Under the pieces are notes generated by a model, which was not told where the DNA came from, ran no database searches, and was given only the letters and a program-made list of their open reading frames with translations. A stretch of 64,000 nt of DNA, taken from positions 9,155-73,154 of the forward strand of contig JALOQJ010000001.1 of the NCBI GenBank assembly GCA_025453445.1, read 5' to 3'. Of the stretch, positions 52,879-60,622 are shown piece after piece (the stretch's first letter is position 1; every line of letters starts with the position of its first letter). The stretch comes from Candidatus Omnitrophota bacterium. GTDB lineage: Bacteria > Omnitrophota > Gorgyraeia > Gygaellales > Profunditerraquicolaceae. Position numbers and translations under genes: made by a program.

Positions 52879-52989
52879 AAATCAAGACGGTTAATAATGC
52901 TATTTTAGGCATTGGCACAGAAATTATTTATGCCGCTTCAATTATTACTGTTGCTTTTTTAATCTGCTTAATTTTAGCCCTGACTTAAA

Positions 52990-54492
52990 ATGATCCTGCG
53001 CCCCAACCTAGTTGACCTGAAAAATATCGGTTATTATTTAGGGAAAATCATTATTGGTTTGGCCCTGACGATGTGTTTACCGTTTTTATTAGGCCTATCC
53101 TGCGGGGAAATTAACCCGGCGCTGGATTTTTTAATCGGCATAGAAGTAGCGTTTATATTTGGCTTGGTTTTATGCAAACTCTGTTACACAGAAAATGATT
53201 TAAGCTGGGCTCAAGGGATGATCGTGGTAAGCCTTGCATGGCTGGCTGCCACGGTGTTAGGCGCAATACCGTTGTATTTAAGCGGCCACTGGCAGTCTTT
53301 TCTCGATGCTGCTTTTGACGCAATGTCCGGTTTTGCTACTACGGGCCTGGCCTTAGTGCAGGATTTGGATCACATGTCCTTCGCGCATAATTTTTGGCGG
53401 CATTTTATTATGTTCATCGGCGGGCAAGGCATTGTTATTGTTGCACTTTCTTTATTTGTCAAGGGTATGTCTGGCGCGTTTAAGATGTACGTAGGCGAGG
53501 CGCGGGATGAGAGGATCATGCCGAATATTATCGATACTTCAAGATTTATTTGGCTGGTAAGTATCACTTTTTTAGTGTTGGGCACATTTGCCTTGGGCAT
53601 TACCGGCGTTTTAAACGGAATGAAACCGGGGAATGCTTTTTTTCACGGCGCCTGCATCTTTATGGCGGCATTTGATACCGGAGGGTTTGCCCCGCAGTCA
53701 CAAAGTATACTTTATTACCACAGCATGGTTTATGAGCTGATTACGGTTGTGATTATGATTTTGGGAGCAATTAATTTTAAATTACATTACCATGTATGGA
53801 TGGGCAACCGTAAAGAAATTTGGAAGAATATTGAAACCACAGTACTTTTTATTGCTGTAACGGTCACTTTGATTATTACCGCGGTCGGTTTGGACAGGGC
53901 AGGAGTATACCCGACGGCAATAATGCTTTTCCGCAAAGGTTTTTATCAGCTTATCTCAGGCCATACCGGTACAGGATTTCAGACAATCTATCCTGCGCAG
54001 TTCGTCAACGAATGGAATCATCTTGCTTTAACCGGCGTAATTTGTGCTATGGCCTTAGGCGGCGCAGTATGTTCTACTACCGGCGCAATTAAAATGCTGC
54101 GCTTGGGGATTACTCTGAAGGCGTTGATAGAAGACATCAAGAGAATTATCTTGCCTGAAAAAGCTATTGTCCTGCAGAAATTCCATCATATTAAGACAAT
54201 TTTTCTTGAGGATAAACAGGCGCGCTCCGCGCTTTTAATCACTCTTTGTTATCTGGTTCTTTACGGATTCGGGGCTTTGGTGGGGATGTTTTTCGGCTAT
54301 CCTTTTGTTGAATCTTTATTTGAATCTACCTCAGCAGCTGCTAATGTCGGATTATCCTGCGGGATAACTGCCGTGGCTATGCCGGCGGCATTGAAATTAA
54401 CTTATATTTTTCAGATGTGGGCAGGCCGTTTGGAATTTATGTCGGTATTTGTTTTGGCAGGGTTTGTTGTAGCAGCGATAAAGGGGAAATAA
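52990..54492 (+). CDS. trkH: TrkH/KtrB-family potassium transporter
   Basis: 500 aa polytopic protein with repeated Gly-containing selectivity-filter-like loops (GFATTG, GFAPQS, GTGFQT, NVGLSC). Confidence 0.85.
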   Translation: MILRPNLVDLKNIGYYLGKIIIGLALTMCLPFLLGLSCGEINPALDFLIGIEVAFIFGLVLCKLCYTENDLSWAQGMIVVSLAWLAATVLGAIPLYLSGHWQSFLDAAFDAMSGFATTGLALVQDLDHMSFAHNFWRHFIMFIGGQGIVIVALSLFVKGMSGAFKMYVGEARDERIMPNIIDTSRFIWLVSITFLVLGTFALGITGVLNGMKPGNAFFHGACIFMAAFDTGGFAPQSQSILYYHSMVYELITVVIMILGAINFKLHYHVWMGNRKEIWKNIETTVLFIAVTVTLIITAVGLDRAGVYPTAIMLFRKGFYQLISGHTGTGFQTIYPAQFVNEWNHLALTGVICAMALGGAVCSTTGAIKMLRLGITLKALIEDIKRIILPEKAIVLQKFHHIKTIFLEDKQARSALLITLCYLVLYGFGALVGMFFGYPFVESLFESTSAAANVGLSCGITAVAMPAALKLTYIFQMWAGRLEFMSVFVLAGFVVAAIKGK

Positions 54493-54986
54493 TGACAAAA
54501 AAAGTTATAACATTGTTATTTTTGCTATCAGCTATCAGCTATCAGCTATCAGCTTGTTTTGCCCAGCCTATCTCCAGCAGTGAACTGATTAGAAACGCCA
54601 AGTCATACGATGGTAAAATGGTAGTTTATGCAGGCGAAGTAATCGGCGATGTGATGCCGCGCGGCAGGTATGCCTGGATAAATATTAACGACGGGAATAA
54701 TGCCATTGGTATCTGGGTAAGCAGAGCTGTGGCTAAAAGTATTTTTTATACCGGCAGTTACCGAGCTAAGGGCGACGTAGTAGAGGTCAGCGGTATTTTT
54801 CATCGCGCCTGCCCGGAACACGGCGGCGACTTGGATATACACGCTCAGCTATTGCGTAAAGTAACCAGCGGTAGAGTATTGGCGGAACGGATCAATATTG
54901 ATAAAAAGAATTTAGCTATTATATTAGCGGGAATATTATGCATAATCTTGATCTTGCGGCAATTCAAGCCGAAATCGAAAAAGTAA
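54492..54986 (+). CDS. Hypothetical secreted/membrane-anchored protein
   Basis: Signal peptide, C-terminal TM and basic tail. The N-terminal coding region contains the (AGCTATC)x3.5 tandem repeat. Confidence 0.5.
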   Translation: MTKKVITLLFLLSAISYQLSACFAQPISSSELIRNAKSYDGKMVVYAGEVIGDVMPRGRYAWININDGNNAIGIWVSRAVAKSIFYTGSYRAKGDVVEVSGIFHRACPEHGGDLDIHAQLLRKVTSGRVLAERINIDKKNLAIILAGILCIILILRQFKPKSKK

Positions 54987-55948
54987 ATTCTTCTGTTGAG
55001 CTGGAAGAATTGCGCCTTAAATATCTAGGCAGGAAAGGCCTAATTGCTCAGATGATGAGTATTATTCCCGACTTAGCTCCGGAAGAACGCAGCCAAGCAG
55101 GCCAGGAAGCCAACGCCTTAAAAAATCAGATTACAGCTTTCCTGCGGCAGAAAGGATCATCCTTAGCCGGCCCTGAGCCTAAGGCAACAGCTGATGCACT
55201 GGATATTACTATGCCGGGCATTGCCCAGGAACTAGGGCAAATGCATCCGATTACTCAGGTAATCAACGAGATTTGTGATATCTTTATGCGTATGGGGTTT
55301 TCTATCGTCGAAGGCCCGGAAATTGAAACGGAATTTAATAATTTTACCGGTTTAAATATCCCGCTGGATCATCCGTCGCGTGATGCATTCGATACTTTTT
55401 ACTTAAGGGATACAACGAAGTTGTTATTACGCAGCCACACTTCCCCGGTACAAATCCGCGCGATGAAAGAAAAAAAGCCGCCTTTAGCAGTAGTTGTACC
55501 GGGCAGGGTATATCGTCCGGATGCTACTGATGCATCGCATTTGTTTATGTTTCATCAGATCGAAGGTTTTATGGTGGATAAGGGGATAAAGTTTTCTGAT
55601 TTAAAAGGTATGTTGGAAATTTTTGCCAAAAGTGTTTTCGGCCCGGATATTAAAATGCGATTCCGGCCGCACTTTTTTCCATTTACCGAGCCTTCTGCAG
55701 AAGTGGATATTTCCTGCGTTATCTGTCATGGCAAAGGATGTTCTTCCTGCGGCAGAAAAGGGTGGCTGGAAATCTTAGGTTCCGGTATGATTCATCCCAA
55801 TGTGTTTAAACATGTCGGTTATGACCCGAAAAAATATACTGGTTTTGCTTTTGGCATGGGCGTGGAACGCATTGCCATGCTTAAATACGGCATTAATGAT
55901 ATCAGGTTATTCTGTGAGAATGATTTAAGGTTTTTAAAACAATTCTAA
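54938..55948 (+). CDS. pheS: Phenylalanine--tRNA ligase alpha subunit
   Basis: Class II motifs FRPHFFPFTEPS and GFAFGMGVERIAM. Confidence 0.9.
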   Translation: MHNLDLAAIQAEIEKVNSSVELEELRLKYLGRKGLIAQMMSIIPDLAPEERSQAGQEANALKNQITAFLRQKGSSLAGPEPKATADALDITMPGIAQELGQMHPITQVINEICDIFMRMGFSIVEGPEIETEFNNFTGLNIPLDHPSRDAFDTFYLRDTTKLLLRSHTSPVQIRAMKEKKPPLAVVVPGRVYRPDATDASHLFMFHQIEGFMVDKGIKFSDLKGMLEIFAKSVFGPDIKMRFRPHFFPFTEPSAEVDISCVICHGKGCSSCGRKGWLEILGSGMIHPNVFKHVGYDPKKYTGFAFGMGVERIAMLKYGINDIRLFCENDLRFLKQF

Positions 55949-55964
55949 AAACGTATTAACAATT

Positions 55965-56035
55965 GTCATTGCGAGGGCGATAGCCCGAAGCAATCCCGGA
56001 ATTCAGAGATTGCTTCGCCTTCGGCTCGCAATGAC
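55965..56035. repeat. Nested inverted-repeat element (family 2, copy 2) in the pheS-pheT gap
   Basis: GTCATTGCGAGGGCGATAGCCCGAAGCAATC...GATTGCTTCGCCTTCGGCTCGCAATGAC. Confidence 0.55.
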
Positions 56036-56045
56036 GGTGGAACAG

Positions 56046-58073
56046 ATGAAATTTACTTATAATTGGCTGAAAGATTTTCTAGATTTAAAAATTTCCGCTG
56101 CTGAGCTGGCTGAAAAACTTACCATGGCCGGCTTGGAAGTAACATCTTTAGAAGAGCGCGCAGGGGATTTTATTTTTGAGGTGGAAATTACTTCCAATCG
56201 CCCTGATTGGCTGAGTGTAATCGGTATAGCCCGGGAAGTAGCAGCGATTACAAATTCAAAACTAAGAACGCAAGGCACAAAATCAAAACTCAAAGTTCAA
56301 AACAAAAGCCAGGCGTTCAAAATAAACATTGAGGATAAAAAAGATTGCCCGTTATATACGCTAAAAATTATTCAAGGCGTCAATGTCGGGCCATCTCCGG
56401 ATTGGCTGAAAAATAGGCTGGAATTAATCGGCTGCCGCAGCGTCAACAATATAGTGGATATTACCAATTATGTTTTGTTTGAAACCGGCGAGCCATTGCA
56501 TGCTTTTGATCTGGATAAATTGGCTCCCGGTGCAATCAGCGTCAGGCGGGCAAAGAAGGATGAGAAACTTACAACTATAGATGCAGCGCAAAGAGTGCTG
56601 AATCAGGAAATTCTAGTGATTGCTGACGGGCAAAAAGCGCTGGCAGCTGCCGGGATTATGGGCGGCAAAGGCAGCGAAGTAAGCTACGCTACAAAAAATA
56701 TTCTTTTAGAGGCGGCGATTTTTCATCCGGTGGTTATCCGCAGGGCAAGGCAGATGCTCGGGCTGCAGACTGATTCGTCATACCGCTTTGAGAGAGGAAT
56801 TGACGCCGAAACTGTCCGCAGTGCTTCTTTACGGGCTACACAGCTGATTACAGAATTATCCGGAGGGAAATGTGTTAGCGCGATAGAATCAGGCAGTGCG
56901 AAAATCAGCAAAAAAACCGTCTCTTTTGATATGCAGAGAATGAATAAGTTTTTAGGTTCAAAAATTCCTGCGGTAAAAATAAAAAATATTTTATCGCATC
57001 TTGGGTTTCAGATACGCTCAAAAAGTCAATATGTTTTAACGGCTGTTGTTCCTCCTTGGCGGGCAGATGTGAGCCTGGAAGTCGATTTAATCGAGGAGGT
57101 ATCGCGCATTTTTGGCTACGAACATATACCGTCCAGTTTGCCTGAGGTAAAGCCGCAAGTAAATATCAATACCCCGCGGGATTTGGTTGTTTTAATAAAA
57201 AATACACTGGTTAGCCTCGGACTGAATGAGGTGATTACTTACAGCCTGATAGACCGCGATTGGCTGAAAGATTTTAATTTATCCGTAGTGCAGCCGGTAG
57301 AAGTCCAGAATCCTTTGAGCAAAGAGCAGGAAATTTTACGGCCTAGTATTGTGCCTTCTTTGGCGCGGGTAGTAGCATTTAATTTAAACCGCAAACAAAA
57401 TTATCTGAATATTTTTGAAGTAAGCAAGGTATTTTGCGCTGGCAAGCCGGACCCTAACGAAGATTTGGTTTTAGGTATTGCTCTTTGCGGAGAAAAAGCA
57501 ATGCTTTTAAATCAGGGGATGGTCAGAGAAGAATTAAATCTCCTGCATTTGAAAGGAATAATCGAAAGTGTCTTAAAAGGGTTAGGCATTTCAGGATATA
57601 GCTTTAATCTGGGCAGCGGGCACACCATTATTTTGGAAAAAGATAATCAACAGCTAGGTACATTGGGGCAATTACCGCCGCGGGTATTAGGGAATTTAGA
57701 TATAAAAAATAAAGAAGTAGTAGCTGCGGAAATTAATCTTAAGAAAATTTTTCCATTGGTAAACTTGCACAAAAAATTTATCAGCCTGCCAACATATCCG
57801 GGGATTACCCGGGATATCAGCCTGTTGCTGAAAAACGGAATTAAAATCGAGGATGTTTTATGCGCAATCCGCAAGCAGGCAGAGCCGTTGTTGAAAGAAG
57901 CAGCTGTGGTGGATTTTTATAAAGGGAAACAAATTCCTTCCGGCCATAAAGGCCTGACGATTTCTTGCCTTTATCGTTCAGATACACGCACGCTTACTGA
58001 AGAAGAAGTAAATCCGTTACATGCCGCGATTTTAGCGGTTTTGCAGGAAAAATTCAACGCGCAGTTGAGATAA
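56046..58073 (+). CDS. pheT: Phenylalanine--tRNA ligase beta subunit
   Basis: MKFTYNWLKDFLDL N-terminus, with B3/4, B5 and FDX-ACB domain order. Confidence 0.9.
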   Translation: MKFTYNWLKDFLDLKISAAELAEKLTMAGLEVTSLEERAGDFIFEVEITSNRPDWLSVIGIAREVAAITNSKLRTQGTKSKLKVQNKSQAFKINIEDKKDCPLYTLKIIQGVNVGPSPDWLKNRLELIGCRSVNNIVDITNYVLFETGEPLHAFDLDKLAPGAISVRRAKKDEKLTTIDAAQRVLNQEILVIADGQKALAAAGIMGGKGSEVSYATKNILLEAAIFHPVVIRRARQMLGLQTDSSYRFERGIDAETVRSASLRATQLITELSGGKCVSAIESGSAKISKKTVSFDMQRMNKFLGSKIPAVKIKNILSHLGFQIRSKSQYVLTAVVPPWRADVSLEVDLIEEVSRIFGYEHIPSSLPEVKPQVNINTPRDLVVLIKNTLVSLGLNEVITYSLIDRDWLKDFNLSVVQPVEVQNPLSKEQEILRPSIVPSLARVVAFNLNRKQNYLNIFEVSKVFCAGKPDPNEDLVLGIALCGEKAMLLNQGMVREELNLLHLKGIIESVLKGLGISGYSFNLGSGHTIILEKDNQQLGTLGQLPPRVLGNLDIKNKEVVAAEINLKKIFPLVNLHKKFISLPTYPGITRDISLLLKNGIKIEDVLCAIRKQAEPLLKEAAVVDFYKGKQIPSGHKGLTISCLYRSDTRTLTEEEVNPLHAAILAVLQEKFNAQLR

Positions 58074-58097
58074 TTTTGCTCGTGCGCCTAACCGGCA

Positions 58098-58125
58098 TTG
58101 ACTTCTCTTGAAAATGTGTTATACT
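58098..58125 (+). promoter_or_regulatory. Sigma70-type promoter with extended -10
   Basis: TTGACT, 16 nt, TGtTATACT. Confidence 0.6.
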
Positions 58126-58132
58126 TTTTTTG

Positions 58133-58320
58133 TAAAGAGACAGTTATTTGATATAAATTCCCTGCAGTGCCCGTTAGGAAATAGATGATTGGTGATCCAA
58201 CACCAAAATCAAGGGGGTCACATGCTTCTTTAGCGCTTCGGCTCTAGAGAGACGACTCCCACCTGAATCCAAGTAGGTTCAGCCAATCATGTCCAACGGC
58301 ACAGGCGGGGATTTTTTTTA
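58133..58320 (+). ncRNA. ssrS: Structured small RNA, candidate 6S RNA (SsrS)
   Basis: About 180 nt between the promoter and a GGCGGGG+U8 terminator. The ends pair (CCCUGC.../...GCGGGG, AUGAUUGG/CCAAUCAU). The 3' side of a central bubble carries the internal hairpin CACCUGAAUCCAAGUAGGUUCAG, which resembles the E. coli 6S CACCUUGAACCAAGGGUUCAAGG. The 5' bubble strand is A/C-rich and unpaired. The apical stem is capped by a UUCG loop. Confidence 0.45.
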
Positions 58321-58333
58321 ATGAGCGCATAAC

Positions 58334-59656
58334 ATGCCCAATCCTACCGACTTATTTCATGAATCCAAACCAGAGAATATCAAAGATCTGCCTCTTGCTG
58401 TGCGTATGCGGCCAAGCTCGCTCGATGATTTTATCGGCCAAGAGCATATTATCGGGAAAAATAAATTACTCCGCCGGGCAATCGAAGCAGACAGGGTAAG
58501 TTCATTAATTTTATTCGGCCCTCCGGGAGTAGGTAAAACTTCTCTTGCTTGGTGTATTGCCAATGTCACCAAGGCCAATTATGCTGCTATTAACGCTACG
58601 ACCTCTAATGTTGAAGAGCTGAGAAAAGCTATTCAGCGTGCCAAACAAATCAAAGCCAATTCCGGCAAGAAAACAATTCTTTTTATCGACGAGATTCACC
58701 GTTTCAACAAAGCTCAGCAGGATGTTTTATTGCCTGATGTAGAAGAAGGAAATCCTATTCTTATCGGAGCAACTGTGCATAATCCATTTTTTTCACTCGC
58801 TGCTCCGCTTTTATCGCGATCGCTAGTCTGTGAATTAAAAACTTTAAAAGAAAAAGAAGTGCTATCAATATTGAATGCTGCTTTAAAAGATAAAACCAGG
58901 GGCCTGGGAAATCTGGATATCAAAGCAGAAAAAAAGGCTTTGGAATTTTTGGCAAAAATCTGCGAAGGGGATGCCCGCCGGGCGCTGAATGCATTGGAAG
59001 TGGGAGCCTTAACTACCCCGCCGCAAAAAGACGGGACAATTAAATTTGATTTAGAAGTAGCTGCCGAGTCAATCCAGAAAAAACCCGTGATCTATGATCA
59101 CGACGAAGACGGCCATTATGATACTGCTTCGGCATTTATAAAATCTATGCGCGGCTCTGATCCTGATGCTGCAATATATTGGATGGCAAAGATGCTTTAT
59201 GCCGGTGAGGATCCGCGTTTTATTGCCCGCAGGATTTGTATTCTGGCAGCAGAGGATGTGGGCAATGCTGATCCTTTGGCAATAGTTTTAGCTAATGCTG
59301 CATTGCAGATTTCTGAATTTGTCGGCATGCCTGAGGCGCGTATTCCGCTGGCACAGGCATGTATTTATGTATCTTGTGCGCCCAAGTCTAATGCCAGTTA
59401 TCTGGCAATTGATAAAGCTTTGCAGGATATTGAAAGTAATAAAGTGCAGGAAGTGCCGGATCATTTGAAAGACGGTACTCTGGACGGAGATGTTCTTGGC
59501 CACGGGAAAGATTATAAATATGCCCATGATTTTCCCGGCCACCACGTCAAGCAAAAATATACCCGTAAAAAAGTCCGCTACTATGAACCCACTGACATTG
59601 GCCACGAAGCGAAAATCAAACAAAGATTAGAGCAGTTGCGAAATAGCGAAGAATAA
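58334..59656 (+). CDS. rarA: Replication-associated recombination protein A (AAA+ ATPase)
   Basis: Walker A GPPGVGKTS and the conserved MgsA C-terminal region. Confidence 0.9.
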   Translation: MPNPTDLFHESKPENIKDLPLAVRMRPSSLDDFIGQEHIIGKNKLLRRAIEADRVSSLILFGPPGVGKTSLAWCIANVTKANYAAINATTSNVEELRKAIQRAKQIKANSGKKTILFIDEIHRFNKAQQDVLLPDVEEGNPILIGATVHNPFFSLAAPLLSRSLVCELKTLKEKEVLSILNAALKDKTRGLGNLDIKAEKKALEFLAKICEGDARRALNALEVGALTTPPQKDGTIKFDLEVAAESIQKKPVIYDHDEDGHYDTASAFIKSMRGSDPDAAIYWMAKMLYAGEDPRFIARRICILAAEDVGNADPLAIVLANAALQISEFVGMPEARIPLAQACIYVSCAPKSNASYLAIDKALQDIESNKVQEVPDHLKDGTLDGDVLGHGKDYKYAHDFPGHHVKQKYTRKKVRYYEPTDIGHEAKIKQRLEQLRNSEE

Positions 59657-59657
59657 A

Positions 59658-59895
59658 CAGTTCCGCGTGTGTCTTGTCTGTATTTTTGCGGGAACGTTTG
59701 CCCCGCCCCAGCGTGGCGGGGCTGCACTTCGTTCCAGCCCCTCGCTCTCTCGCAGCCGGGCCCTGAATAAAATCGTTTTTAATAATTTGGAGCCGGCTGC
59801 TCGAACCGTGCCCGCTCGGGGCTTTCAAGATCCCGCAAAAACACAGCCAAGCCACCCGCTAAAACTCTCCTGCTCGCAACAGCCACTCGCTCAAA
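59658..59895. repeat. MITE-like GC-rich repeat, locus B (inverted relative to locus C), with internal subterminal inverted repeats
   Basis: The reverse complement aligns across about 180 bp with 63120-63300. TIR-like TGTCTGTATTTTTGCGGGA (59677-) and TCCCGCAAAAACACAG (-59851). Hairpin GCCCCGCC-N7-GGCGGGGC. Confidence 0.6.
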
Positions 59896-59930
59896 TGTAG
59901 TATATATTAATAAAGTAAGAAAAATAATAC

Positions 59931-59959
59931 TTGACGTACCTTTTTACATATGGTATACT
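59931..59959 (+). promoter_or_regulatory. Sigma70-type promoter of the antitoxin-toxin-GHKL operon
   Basis: TTGACG, 17 nt, TGgTATACT. SD AAGGGGGAA lies before ATG 59984. Confidence 0.55.
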
Positions 59960-59983
59960 TATTTTAGAAAGGGGGAAATAGAT

Positions 59984-60220
59984 ATGACGACGACAATTGT
60001 AACTACAAAAGGACAGATTGTGATACCCTCAAAGATCCGCCGAAGGCTCAATATCAAAAAAGGCACAAAATTATATATTGAGGAAAGAGGGGATGAGTTG
60101 ATTCTAAAGGCAGTTACTCCTGCTTATTTCGAGAAGATAGCAGGTGTTCTACAGACCAAAGGAAAATTATCCAAAGCGCTGGTTGAAGAGCGCACCAGGG
60201 AAAAAGAAAGAGAGGCTTAA
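59984..60220 (+). CDS. AbrB/MazE/SpoVT-family antitoxin (VapB-like)
   Basis: 78 aa; swapped-hairpin motif KGQIVIPSKIRRRLNIKKGTKLYIEERGDELILKA. Confidence 0.75.
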   Translation: MTTTIVTTKGQIVIPSKIRRRLNIKKGTKLYIEERGDELILKAVTPAYFEKIAGVLQTKGKLSKALVEERTREKEREA

Positions 60221-60223
60221 TCT

Positions 60224-60622
60224 ATGACAAGGATTATTGATGCTCATGGCCTCTTAGTTTTCTTGGAAAAAGAGGCTGGTTACGAAAAGGTGGAGCAATA
60301 TTTTATTTCTGCAACAGAGAAAGAGAAACAATTATTAATGGCTTCTGTGAATTTTGGAGAAGTATATTATATTGTCTTACGTGAATGTGGCCAAGAGAAA
60401 GCCCATGAAATAGAAAAAATAATCAGGACTTTACCTATCGCCATAGTTGATGTAGATATGCAGCTTGCTAGAGAAGCCGCTCGTTTTAAAGCCAGTCACA
60501 AAATATCATATGCTGACTGTTTTGCCGCCGCCTTAGCAAAGCTGCACAAAGGCGAAGTTATAACAGGAGATAAAGAGTTTAAAACAATAGAACAAGAGGT
60601 AAAAATCGCATGGATAGCCTAG
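60224..60622 (+). CDS. PIN-domain toxin (VapC-like)
   Basis: 132 aa with acidic residues in PIN positions: IIDAH, SYADCFAAALA, ITGDKEF. Confidence 0.75.
   Translation: MTRIIDAHGLLVFLEKEAGYEKVEQYFISATEKEKQLLMASVNFGEVYYIVLRECGQEKAHEIEKIIRTLPIAIVDVDMQLAREAARFKASHKISYADCFAAALAKLHKGEVITGDKEFKTIEQEVKIAWIA

Noticed and set aside
54530-54556. (AGCTATC)x3.5 tandem heptamer, a possible phase-variation tract
   Set aside because: It lies inside the signal-peptide coding region (SAISYQLSA). With only three units, and a unit length that is not a frame-preserving concern, there is no evidence of slippage. Low significance.
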